Source: Phallusia mammillata (lineage: Eukaryota). From it: DNA of 64,000 nt. Shown in pieces: positions 39,921 to 52,600 of the stretch (its first letter is position 1; each line of letters opens with the position of its first letter). The notes beneath the pieces are model-generated. The model ran no database searches. It was not told the origin of the DNA and worked only from the letters and a program-made list of their open reading frames with translations. Made by a program: the position numbers and the translations under genes. Location of the stretch: NCBI GenBank assembly GCA_965637545.1, contig OZ281494.1:17360001-17424000 (forward strand), given 5' to 3'.

Positions 39921-40223
39921 GTTTTTACAACTATGCTCGCATAACAATATGTGACCTGAACGCTATATAATCAGCGTATTTTAGGCTTAAAATCAGACCA
40001 TAATAGTGCGTTGGTGTATAACAAGGTACATGGGCATAACAGAGCAGTTGATAGCTCTCACGTTGGCGTTCTGGCATTTGTGTTGCGTGTCTAACCGTAA
40101 AGTGGCGCTGTTGTGAAATGCTTTGTCGAAATACAGATTTGGGAATGTAATTGCAGTTTGGCGTCTTATAGGTTTAGTAATTTAGTTAAACAGCGGTTAG
40201 TTTGTTTATAGGAGTCAGATATC

Positions 40224-40700
40224 CAGTGGTTCCCAACCTTTTTTAACGCGACCCAAATACATACCAAAATTTTGTTTAGTGGTTTCTCGCGACCCATGGT
40301 CATGCTATTTTAGTTGTATTTTGTCTGTTAATTATAGGAAAGCTTTTTGAAAATTACTACGCCAGTTTAGCAAATCAATAAACTTATAACGAGCAAACAC
40401 TGTTGTTTTTTACGACCAAACATTTCCATTTAGCCCGAACTTGGAGCTGAATGGAAGCAATATTAGCCAGACAACGCTCAACTGTGAGCTAACACATCAC
40501 TTTATGACGTCACAAACAGTTTTAACCATTATCACCACAAGTTGAAGTTATTATTGGGCCACAATTTAAAACCCTTGGAAATATAAAAACAACGCTACGA
40601 GGCGTCAAACAGTAGACGCTCTAATTGTCACTAAAACAAGCGCCCCAGGATGTTCAGGCGACCCAACTTTGGGTCGCGACCCATAGGTTGGGAAACACTC
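40224..40700. mobile_element. hAT (Buster-type) MITE, GCGACCC family
   Basis: Left TIR CAGTGGTTCCCAACC, slightly mutated right TIR GGTTGGGAAACACTC, imperfect TSD (AGATATC / AGATATAC); related to 50426-50844. Confidence 0.8.
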
Positions 40701-40740
40701 AGATATACGGTAGTGTTTCAAGTTCAACTGTCTACCCATT

Positions 40741-42249
40741 AAGGGTCAGTACAGGCTCTTTGAGCCTTTGACTGCGACTCTTTAATGTTACACATGCAAT
40801 AACTGCAAAGTCTACCCAAAAAAACGTTGTTGAGAAATAACTGTAAAAAAAGAATGATAAACAGGAAAATATAACTTTTACAACAGAATGGGAGGAGGAG
40901 TTTTCATTCATTGATAATGGAGGTAAACCTGTTGTGTCTTGTTTGTCCAGCTTCGGTCAATCATAACAAAAACAAGTAACTTGAAAGGTCATTACGAAGC
41001 TAAACACAAAAACTTTCCCATATAATTCAAATGTTTTAAATCGTAACGATGGTAAAAACCTGAGCCCAGTTTTCCGCGACATTTTGCGTCCGATTTTCCC
41101 ATCAAATATCGGACATTAGTTACGCCCTGTCATTTTGTACTCTTCACGGAAACTTTTCACGGAAAGCCTTTGTCCTAATGCAGTGCTTCCCAACCTTTTC
41201 CAGCTCGCGGCCCATTTAAAAAAAATTTTTTTTTGGCGGACCACCGTTTAATATTGCGACAAAACCACAATGGAAAAGAACTAAAATTGACAAAAAAATA
41301 ATAACCGCACAAGCAATACTTCTGTTAATGTGAAGCCTGAGCTTGCTGATTTGATATGATTTATGAGCTCACTACTACTTTCTGGGGAAAAAACTATTCA
41401 TTTTGTAGCTACGCAAAGACCAAATAAAGCTAACAATGACAGTTACAGCAAGATTTTACAACTAGTACAACTGTCGCGACAATTGCAGTTTGTTTGCGTA
41501 ATAAAGCTTTGTTTAACGTGAAATCCTATGCGGCTTAGTGAATAATATCATATTTTTGCGAAAAAAGGTTAAATTTGAAAGTACGTTCACACAAACTGTG
41601 TAACTTTTTTTAACTTCTATATTGGTATGGTAATAGTTTGAAAAGCTTCACGGTCCACCAGAAAGTACGTTGCGGACCACCAGTGGGCCGCGGCCCACCG
41701 GTTGGGAAGCGCTGTCCTAATGTAATTATTCTTCATCGTATCCCGCTTTTTTTGTACACTTTCGCCTCTGTGCCCGCTGTATTATTCGTTTATTGCTCTG
41801 AAGAAGCCCTACCGTTCTGGTGGGCGAAACGTCAGCAAATACAAGTTTTTGAAACAATAACGTTCGTCATAACCCGAAAAACAACGGATTGAAGCATTAT
41901 TTACTTTGGAACACATTTGTTGTAAATATTGCTGTTGCTTCGTGTCTCATTCGCAATGTACGCAACAATGAGCAATCATTCATTGTTCACAATTAAATAT
42001 ATGCCATCATAACCAAGCCATAAAGTTGCAGTTTTAAGGCAAGGTTTGTGGCCATACCGATAATAAGTTTGTTCAAAAGCAAAATGGTTAAAGCTTTACT
42101 TTAAATTTAACGATTTTTGTACCAGATCGCCATGCACATACTAACCCAAATATACACAATGACCCCAAACTTCGACAACAACTTAAGAGCCGCATTAAAC
42201 CAGGCGAAGAGCCGCATGCGGCTCGCGAGCCTCGGGTTGGCCACCCCTA
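40741..42249 (+). pseudogene. Remnant of a Buster/SPIN (GTF2IRD2-like) hAT: frameshifted N-terminal zinc finger plus right end
   Basis: About 40880-41020 reads, with frameshifts, TEWEEEFSFIDNGGKPVCLVC...SNLKGHYEAKHKNF. The right end is GAGCCGCATGCGGCTCGCGAGCC...GGTTGGCCACCCCT at ~42209-42249. Confidence 0.6.
41181..41714. mobile_element. hAT (Buster-type) MITE nested in the remnant
   Basis: TIR CAGTGCTTCCCAACC / GGTTGGGAAGCGCTG, perfect TSD TCCTAATG. Confidence 0.92.
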
Positions 42250-43000
42250 TTTTAGCCTAATGAGGGATTTGCCACCTTTGTCCAGTAGACCCTAAAATTC
42301 CGTACATGTGAAGTGTTTTAGAAAAATATTTCCAGATTTCGATTTTTACAGATTTGGAATTGGTTTTATTAAAAGTGGTGCGATTTTTTAAGGTTGGTAA
42401 TCATGGGCGCCGGCAGAATTTTTTTTAAGAGGGGCAAATTTTGGCTGATACTTTACCGCATCAAGAATTTGTTACATATGAAGCCATAAATCGTGTACTT
42501 CACAATTGAGTTGCTTAAATGTTAAAGCATTGAACGATGTCACAAATCCCCACGCTGCCACTTTAATTAGGTTTGCTGCTAAATATGTTAAATTGAGGCA
42601 CACTGAAATTCCAAGGGGGGCAAGTGCCCCCTCTTGCCCCTACGTGGAATATGTATTACCTTTTAACTGTGGCGATAAAGGCTTCCTTTAAAGAGCCCCG
42701 GCACCGGAAAATTATTTTTTAATATGTTGTTTGTCGTATTTTTATAAACACGATTTCAGATTTAAAACCACAAAAATCGAAGTTACTAGTCAAATATTTA
42801 CGTTTTAAATCTAAAAACACTGACACCTTGCGGATATTTTGTCACTGAGCTCAAACGCCATGTGACGTCACCTCGTACCAACTTGGTTTGGAGCTTGTTT
42901 GTAGTCGGTGGTTGTTAACGTTCTGCGACGCCAATTACGTTAGTCAGTTTAGGTATTTTGGTGTTTAAATGTTTTCATTTTTATACTCAAGTGTGCAAAA

Positions 43001-44019
43001 ATGCCTGCAGTGTGTTCTTTCTATGGTTGCAATTCAAGAGGAAATCAAAAGGCCAGCAATTTGACACTTTTTCGCTTTCCAAATATAAAGCGATTGCGGT
43101 CAGCTTGGATTAAATTTGTTAACGTGAAAAAAAGGGACCAACGAAATACAGTGTTCTTTGTAGCCTACATTTCACAGATGAATGTTTCACAAATAAAATG
43201 CAGCAGACAGGAGTATGGCAAAAGTTCTGGTGTTAAAGCCAAATGCCATTCCATGTATTCATTAGAACAGTCTTCTTCAGCAAGAAATGGCATTGAGAGC
43301 AGTTGTAAGAAAAGTAGCATATGGTATGCTTTAATTAATTGTTTTCTGACATAATCTCATTTAACATGATAGTCTTTAATATTACCATTATGTCATACTA
43401 ATTTAGTTTATTGTCATGCCATTTACTTGGTAATAACAAAAAAGTGTGGTTATGAAAAAAGGTGTGATAATATCAATATATTTTCATTTGGGAACCACCC
43501 AATCTAAGCTATGAACCAAAATACATTGTGTGTAAAGGAAAACTTCTTTACCTCTTAAATGGTGTACCAGAAGTAAATTAACTGCAGATTTCCCTGGACA
43601 CAAATTTGGTACATACACAATGATGAATGATGGATCTTTGAATTTCATAATATTTTCTAGAGCAATGAAGTGGCAAACAGCAATGATATGGAAAAAGAAG
43701 GATTCTTGGGATGCATTGAAAACATCACAAGCAAATGATTGTTTATTAAAGCCTTTGTGACTGACAGGCATCCACAAATCATTAAATACATTAGTGAAGA
43801 ATCGTCAGAAACAAAACATTATGTTTGGCATGTAGCTACAAGTATGATAGAAATAAAAGATGAGCATACACCACTATATTTGTGTTTATGGTTTTCAATT
43901 CAGAAATCCAAAAGAAACTGACAGCACTTTCTAACAAAGCCTATTGCAAAGAGTTGGGACCTTGGGTGAAAAGCATATGCAACCACATGTATTGTTGTGC
44001 AGCAACATCACAAGGGAAT
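43001..44019 (+). pseudogene. THAP domain plus Kolobok transposase fragments (frameshifted, deleted)
   Basis: MPAVCSFYGC...LFRFP...W, a frameshift to LCSLHFTDECF, then AIP. Later fragments are FVTDRHPQIIKYI...VWHVA and PWVKSICNHMY. Confidence 0.75.
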
Positions 44020-44029
44020 TCACAACTTA

Positions 44030-44364
44030 TATATTAGTTGACAAGTGGCTGTCAGTCTGGCAACGTAACTCTGAAGTCTTCCCCAGCACCATTCAACAAA
44101 TTTTAGTAGGCAGTATATCTGTAACGTATAGAGGTTGCTAGTTGCATGTTAGTAGTTAGTACAGTAAAACTTACTCGTGACGGGTGTTAATTACCCTCAT
44201 CATGATTTCCCAATTGACGTTTAAATCGATAACATGCTGCTTCTAATACACGTTGAGACATATAGATTCAAATCCAGGATATGCTTTTATACAAAGCAGA
44301 TTCGACTCAGAATATTCGTTGAACTTGGCTAACTGCTGTTGCACTTACTAATTTCATGGCAGCA
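44030..44364 (-). pseudogene. Second Kolobok gene (KolX-like; resembles the P2X7 intracellular Cys/Zn domain), disrupted, with one intron
   Basis: Fragments CCHEI..., CIKAYPGFESICLNV, a GT-AG intron, then RYTAY*, and FVEWCWGRL after a frameshift. These resemble the CC.E / C...HPGF..VCLN / YR.F..W.WG.LG pattern. Confidence 0.55.
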
Positions 44365-44987
44365 AACGCATGATTTTCACTCCTCCATTATCACATAGTT
44401 AGTACATAAACACCTACAATAATTCTGTTACGTGGAAAATACCTTTTGTCAACAACAAAACACCTACCTTTTTAAGCAAACAGTTGTTATTTATTGCTTA
44501 ACTGTCAACTAAGTATCTACGTTAATTTTATCAGTTGTAAACAATAGAAAAATGTACGCATCAAAGCTAAAACAAGCAATAAAAACAACAGCTGACCAAC
44601 GCCACTGTTAGAAGTTGGTACGAGGTGACGTAACAATCGCTGCTACATATCAAACCAAGGTGTCGCTCGAGAGCTCGTTGTTTGATTGAATATCTCGAAA
44701 ACGACAAATCATAGGACAAAAAAAATTAGTGATTCGGAATCCCTGATTTTTGGCAATTCTAAATATCTAAAATGTAGAAAAAGTCACATCGCCGCTGCCG
44801 GGGCCCTTTAACAAAAAGAAGAACAAGTCGGAAGAATACAAATTTGATGTCAATCCGCTTATTGCGCATGCGCGGTTGCCATCGGCAGAAATGCGCTTGT
44901 CAAGCATTTCGATAAGTTGCGTCGAGCGTTTTGCTGGTTACGTTGCTGTTCTTACAACTGAAAAGACAAACGGTTTGAAAAGAAAAT

Positions 44988-46466
44988 ATGGCGTCGTTTA
45001 GAAATTCTGGACCTCTTGATTGCAAAGTATACGTGGGAAATCTTGGCAGCCAAGGGAGTAAAAGTGAACTTGAAAGGGTGTTTGGTTATTATGGGCAACT
45101 GAAAAACGTTTGGGTCGCCCGCAATCCACCCGGGTTTGCATTTGTTGAATTTGAAGACAATCGAGATGCGGAAGACGCAGTTCGTGCTCTTGATGGAAGG
45201 TAAGTCGTAAGCGGTGACGGAAAAATTAAGCCACATCTAAAGAGGGTAATTTTAATGATACATGTTTTTGGATTGTAGAACGATCTGTGGAGTTCGAGCC
45301 AGAGTGGAGATGTCCAATGGTATGACCAGGCGTGGTAATGAACGTGGTGGACGCGGTGGGGGTCGTAGAGATGATCATGATGATCGACGTCGTCGTTATG
45401 ACAGGTAGGCCTGTTCTCCAAATCTTACCATAAAGATCTTTACTATTACCTATTGATTTTGATTTGAACGTCGTTAACATGTTTAATATCCCTTAGCCTT
45501 TATTGTGGTGGAATGCTACTTCTATCAGGTTTATCTTGTAATGTTGTCTACTTTTGACAAATTTTGAGACATTAACTCTCTGAACCATTTTCTCAGGCTC
45601 TACTCTACTTTCGTTGCCACACCGCATCATATACCAACGCTTATTTGTGTTATATAAAACTCCGCCTCTTCGCACACAACCTGTCTTCTACAATCAACTA
45701 TAACTACTAGACCCAACCTCGTAATGCATCGGCAACTGAGCAGTTTTGGCATCAACGATCCTCTTACCAACACTGCATCGCACAGCACCCCACTTTAGTA
45801 TATACATCGAAGCAATTTTGGTCCTGGATTCACCATGTTAGACATAAACACCTTATCTGACTTACATCAAAGTATGGTGCTGCCCCCGATTTGTCTATGC
45901 TTTTTGTGTACATGGAATGTAAATTAATTTCTGATTTACAGATCAATTGCAAAAATGTGTTGTTTGCCAAGAAAGCTGTTTACAAAATTTACATTTTTAC
46001 TAATTTCCAGTGAACTTTGCAATATCTCAAAGGATGATTAAAGCACGTTTAAATTTTTTAAATAATGAGATCATTATTCTTGGGTAATGCTATTGCTATA
46101 CTAAGGCTACTTTTTATTGTAGGTCAAGGTCTAGAAGCCCTCGTCGAAACAGGGAAAGATACTCGAGAAGTTACAGTCGCTCACCCCGCCGTAATCGCAG
46201 AAGGTAAAATACCATTTAATTTTTTTCATGTAAGATATTAGCATTATTTTCTTTCGCAGCAAAAGTGGCAGTAGATCACCTTATGGAAGAGATCACAGTG
46301 TCAGTCCAAGAAGGTAATATATTTATCTTTCTATTTTTTAGAAAAAGGCTAATTTTCCCCTTAACTTCAAAGGTCATTGTCTCCAGTGCGTAAGCACTCG
46401 ATAAGCCGAAGCCGAAGTCCAAGTCCCATTAATGGAAGAGATAGTAGAAGCAGAAGCCGATCATGA
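44988..46466 (+). CDS. SRSF3: SR splicing factor SRSF3-like (RRM plus RS domain, no zinc knuckle)
   Basis: The RRM is [10 protein letters not shown]...[30 protein letters not shown]. Exons ~44988-45199, 45279-45404, 46123-46203, 46259-46312 and 46372-46466 encode RS repeats and end SRSRS*. No CCHC knuckle, which favours SRSF3 over SRSF7. Confidence 0.85.
45597..45871 (+). other. Candidate poison (PTC) cassette exon of SRSF3
   Basis: Acceptor CATTAAC...TTTTCTCAG and donor AA|GTATGG. An in-frame TAA comes about 20 codons in. The exon is C/A-rich and sits at the RRM-to-RS junction intron. Confidence 0.5.
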
Positions 46467-46853
46467 AGCACTGTTGCTGGTTAATGTTGACTAATTGGGC
46501 AGTCTGTACAGATGGTTTTGACTGTACTATATTTCTTATACATACACCGAGATACAAACAGGGCTAAAGAGTTTACAAGTATTGGAGTTATGTTACTATT
46601 CCAATTGGTAGTTGACCTTTGTCAAATGTTTTTTACTATTTGTACAGCCACACAGCTTTTGCAGCTCTGATGTATCGCTAAATACAAAACATCTGATTTT
46701 ATGTGAGTACCTGGTGTTTTGCAAAAATGTTTGCCATGAAGAACTACTTCATAAAGATTGCAGTTGTCTTAAAACCAATGAAATCCTTCTACAAATCATT
46801 GGACAGGGGTGCATAACAGAAACACAAGGCCAAATTTGTCAATTGGTTTAAAG

Positions 46854-47172
46854 CAGGGTTGGGCGACCTTTGTTACTGTGGGGCCAAATACAATAGCCAA
46901 AATTCGATCCCGGGACGCACCTGTGTATAACACAAGGTGATTTTTCTGTGTTGCTTAGCAAATATGCTTAATTACAAGTTGTATTCGCATTTGATTCTAG
47001 CCACATATTGCCAGGTCGCATTAAAATAGCACCATGCGCATTAATTTGCTCAAAAGTATATAATAGTTGGACTCGTTTGCCAGGACACTTAAAATCCAAG
47101 GGTCTCTCTGGGCCGCACAACCTTTAATCAAGGGCCACATTTGGCCCGCGGGCTGCAGGTTGCCCACCCCTG
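46854..47172. mobile_element. hAT (Buster-type) MITE downstream of the SRSF3 stop
   Basis: TIR CAGGGTTGGGCGACC / GGTTGCCCACCCCTG, perfect TSD GTTTAAAG. Confidence 0.88.
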
Positions 47173-48280
47173 GTTTAAAGTGTTTTCAGTTACTATGACT
47201 GAACAGTTTATAAATTTCATGCCCATCTGCCATTTATCAGTGTGTTTAGCTTTAGACAGGAGGCTAAATTTGGTATCAATTAGTGTAAAGTGTTTTCAGT
47301 TGCTATGATTTTTTAGTTCATATACTTAGTGCCCTACTGTCATTTGTCAGTCTGTTTACTCCCATGAAGCAAATGATTGTGGTTTTGTTTAATCCAAGAT
47401 GGTGCCAGCAATCACCTGAACATGGTGTGACTTCGACGCCTGAGAAAGTTTGGCATGCAACCGCACGTGAGTTCTGCACCCTTGCTTTGGAATGTTCGTA
47501 CCAAAGCTGGTCTGTACAAAGAATACTCAATATAACAAGCATGATGATCTTCAATGCAGAATGAGTTGTTAGTCAGGTAAAGACTTTTAACATTCAGCAT
47601 TATTTTAACAACTTTCGGGATGGGTCAAACTTCAGACCCGCTTCTAACTCTGCTTCAATGTGAAACTCTTGCTTCCCAAAATACATTCTTTTTAAATTTG
47701 TTACCTATAATGTTTCAGCCTGCAGTGGACTGGTTTACTGATATAAATAAACTTTCATTTGTAAATATTTGTATTTTGTGGCAGAATGTTGTGCCACATC
47801 TGGCTTACAAGCTTGTAAAGTGGTGATCCTTGCCACAAACACCACTGTAGTTAAGATTACGTGCATGAATTTAGGTAATGGTTTGCTGTACACAGCACTT
47901 CTATTGCAAGAAAAAAAACAGTTTTTAAAAGATTTTCCTGAAGACTACAAATTTGTAAATGAAGCTTCACATAGAAATGTCTTTCAGATTGTCCATTTTG
48001 CTTAAGTTGGTGCCATGACTGAACAAGAATCGTAGCATGGTTTAGAACAATATGTGCTTTAAAGTACAATACTTTGCAAATTGCATGTCAAATCAATTCG
48101 AAGCAATGTAGATGACACTTGGCAGTGAGTTAAACCTTAAAAATGTATGCCTGTCACATATAGAACCAAAAAAGAGTATATATCTCAGATTAGCCAAATC
48201 ATCACTTTTAAACTCACACTATACACGTGCAAAAACAGTTCAAAATAGATTGATTTTAACTGAACCACCTATATTCATTT

Positions 48281-48811
<531 letters not shown>

Positions 48812-49134
48812 TTATTTAAAGTTTTCGAGTAACGGTTGCTGAAATTAAAGACGGTTTGAAAACACACATGAACTGCTTGCCAAAGGTTCATATCAACATC
48901 ATTCTGGCCCAGAACAAACACAAAACCATAACAAAACAGAAAACACGCTTATAAACGCTTATAGTATACTAGTTTAATTTACAGCTTAGTCTGGAATCAG
49001 CGTTGGAGTCATCCGAGAAAAAGTATCTTTCCTTTGCAATAGTAGCCATTAAACATTAAACATGTAGCATTGTTTGTTAATAAATTTACCAAAAATACAC
49101 AAAAAATGTGTTTATATACTAAAAGGGCTGGTTT

Positions 49135-49383
49135 GCGTCTGTAGTGTTCAAGATCGTGGCACAGTGGCACACACCATGAGGACTGAATGGATGAGCGCGA
49201 AATAAACGCCCGCGCCTTGCACACACGGGATCGATAGAACGCCGCGGAGCCGCGGAAGAAAGCAGGCCAGGTTCTCATTCTCACTTTCGTTAATGACAGC
49301 TGACTAAAAGTTGTGGTAGCTGTTATAGCCCGTAAAGCGAACTGTCAGACCACTGGTTGCATTTGTTAGCTTGTATCGTTTTT
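49135..49383 (+). ncRNA. Candidate structured Pol III-type ncRNA (unidentified)
   Basis: GC-rich island about 25 bp after a TATA-like TTTATATA (49111). It folds into a long hairpin with paired GATC:GATC and has no T4 run until TTTTT at 49379-49383. No family was identified. Confidence 0.25.
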
Positions 49384-49667
49384 GTTCTTGGTTTGTGAAA
49401 GGATAGCCATACTATATTATAGTTAAATGAAGACTGTCTTGAGTTGACTCTTACCCCTGTAGTACAAGGAATAATTACATTGGATTCAAATAAAGCCAAG
49501 CTGTTTTTGCTAATGTGAAAAATATCACCATTGTGTTATTTCCTACCCAATATTTTACTTTTTCTTATTACTAACCAAAAAACTACAAAGCAAAGGATAC
49601 AAAAGGTATCTGTAAACCCTAGTAACATTCCCTAATGGGTATGTAAAGCTGTTGTAGCTATTTCAAA

Positions 49668-52600
49668 ATGTTGCCTGGATGGAACCAAATAAGGCAGCAG
49701 AGACTACCTTCACAGTCTGGTGGTGAAAACCAACATCACAACCAGCAATGGATGCATGGAAACTTCCATGGCCAAATGCAGGGCATGGCACACATGGCAG
49801 GGGGCAACTTCAACCCAATGATGCACAACCAAAACCCTGAGCAGCAAATGATGCAGAACGCTCAAGGAGACATGGGACCAATGATGAACCAGCCAAACAT
49901 GTACCATCAACAATTTGTGCCTCAGCAACAAAATATGTATCAGCAACAGATGATGGCAGCATATCAAATGAACAACCAGCAGGTATTTTGCAGTAATGTG
50001 TAAAACTACACTCGCTGTAGATCTGATTTGCCTCTGCCCAGCCCATTAAGCCCCTACAAGTAGGGCTATTGTGTTTGAGGGTTTGTAATTAAAATTAAAT
50101 TATTATGTCAGATAACCAGGCTTAGTAGGCTAACAATAATTAAGTATTATTTCTGTCTAATTGGTAATAACTTTATACTTTGTTTTACTTATTTTTATCA
50201 ATACAGGGTCCTGTACAACCTCCTGATGTTCCTCCCCCAAAACAGCCACCTCCACCTGCCCCTGTTCCTCCACCTCCACCACCAAGTGAAGATAAACCAG
50301 CTCCTCCCAAGCCTCCTCCTCCTGAAGCGGAGGATAAGGTAGTTACCATTGCATTACCAGCCCTTTTTCTCTTGACAGACCTTGACATCTGTCCATGCAT
50401 TGTTAACAAAACAATGATCAAAGAACAGTGGTCCCCAACCTTTTTTGTCGCGACCCAAATACTTACCAAAATTTTGTTTTGTGGCTTCTCGCGACCCATG
50501 GATGCATTCTTACTATTTGGGTTGTATTTTGTTTGTAAATCAGGAAGGTTTTTCAAAAATTACTACGCTAGTTTGAAAAATAAAAAACATCAAACAAAAA
50601 TTATTCGTTTTTCCGCCAACTTTAGAGCTGGTTCAAAGCATTATGAGCCAGACAACGCTTAACAGCGATCTCACACAAACATTATGACATCACAAACAGA
50701 AAAATTCACTATCACGCCAAATAGCCATGAAATTGTTATTGGGAAACAATTCATAGCCTTGGGAAATAACAAAATAACGCTACGAAATGTAGATGCTCTA
50801 ATTGTCACAAAAACTGGCGACCCAACTTTGGTTGGGAAACACTGATCTAGAAAAATCAAATTGTACTATTTTGAACCAAAAGTTTTTTTTTAATCAGTTT
50901 ACCCTTCTTTTATGACACAGTAAAATGTAATTTTAATCCTATTCCTATTTTACACCTGTCAAATGAAATGTTTTTCAGTGGTGGGTGGACGAACTGGTAA
51001 AATTGAATGCTGGTGACAAAGCAAAACTGGAGAGGTTGACCAAGGAGGCATGGTTTCTTGGGTTAAACAAAGAACAGCAAGTTGAATGCTGGCAACACAA
51101 GCTTCAACTGGTGTCTAAGCAAAAAAAGACAACAGGTACTTTTATGGTTATCTTAATTAACCATGCATGCCCAAGCATAGGTATTACCTAAGACAGTGGT
51201 CTTCAACCTTTTTTATAGGCGACCCCAATTTAAGGGAAAATGAAATCAGAATTTACATGCGACCCCATTTTTTTCAACACTGAGAAAAAATATTTTAAGT
51301 AATGCTGAACGGAAAGAACTATTACACAAACTGTACATAACTAGAAGGGTGGCTTAGCACATATTGTCATTGCACATACACTGTGACCTATTTCTTAACA
51401 TATATTTACATCCGACACTTATTTTATATTGGGTCCCATCATAGGCGTAGAGTTTTAAAAAATACCGGGGGTGCGCCGTTTGATCTTCAAAAAACGATGC
51501 CTGTTCCACATAAGACCAAATAACGGTCCACCTGTTACCTGCTTTAGCATGTAGTTTCTATCACATTAATTTGCAAATAGTCACTTGGCGCAATTTCTGT
51601 GGGTTCGATTGGAACGTTTGCTGTGCGTTTAATAACGTCTGATGTAACGAAAGGACGATTTGCCGAATCAGCAATTTTAACAACGATTAAAGTAACGTGT
51701 TACGGCGGGGAATAAAGCAAAGCAATTCACGTTTTAAATATAGGCGACTATGTATTGTTGACGCCTAAACTTAGGCCACCTTGGAACAAGTTTAGGCCGT
51801 TGCAGAGCTTTGCAAACGGACATTAAACTCGGCTTAGGAAGCAATATATTAACAATTTTTATATTTATTTTTTATTGCAGAGAGTTATTGCGACAAATAA
51901 TACTAAAACGTTAGTCTATAAGTCATGTTTATGTTGCAATAAAATGCTCATTTATTGGGAAACAATTACAATTGTTACGTTTCAACCGATGTCTGTTCGA
52001 TCAATGGCGTGAATGCAAGCGCATTTGTTTAGTTGGAAACACGTTTTAATTAAGCTACGTAACTTGAACAAAGATGCGATTTTGACGTTATATAAAGGTT
52101 AAGGCCGGGGGTGCGCGGCACCCCCGCACCCCCGTACTCTACGCCAGTGGGTCCCATATCAGTCACTGTCTTTTATAACCTTAGTTGTTTCTGCAAGCAG
52201 AAACTCATGGGTCCCCACACATGCAAAGTTGTAAATAATGCATTTCAAGAGATAACATTGAGAAAGTTTGGCATTGTAACGTCAAACACAGTGATCGGTA
52301 CTGTGCACAAATAAATATGCTATATGGAGTACAAACTATTTAAATTTATTCCATTCATACATTTATTAAGGTTTTTCTCTTTTATGGCTATCTGAGAAAA
52401 AAGTGTTAAATAGTGACAAAACAGGCCAAAACACAAAAATCAGCTGCTATTAATGGTGAATTGCACTTGAATGTAGGGGGTCTAGTGGAGTAAATAATAG
52501 GTACTACAGAGTTTAATACAACAACCAACACCAACAAATGGTACACTCTACAAACTGTCCAAGTTTCAATTAATTCATACATTGTTTAAAAAATTAAACC

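Larger units (their letters stand above)
42692..44807. mobile_element. Decayed Kolobok DNA transposon
   Basis: TTAA flanks both ends. TIR AGAGCCCCGGCACCGG vs AGGGCCCCGGCAGCGG (14/16), RR..YY termini. Inverted subterminal repeat GTGACGTCACCTCGTACCAAC at ~42862 and ~44614. Confidence 0.82.

Noticed and set aside
36899-42249. One large Buster element from CAGGGTGGCCAAAC (36899) to GGTTGGCCACCCCT (42249) enclosing the others
   Set aside because: The flanks share no 8-bp TSD, so the two ends cannot be assigned to the same insertion.
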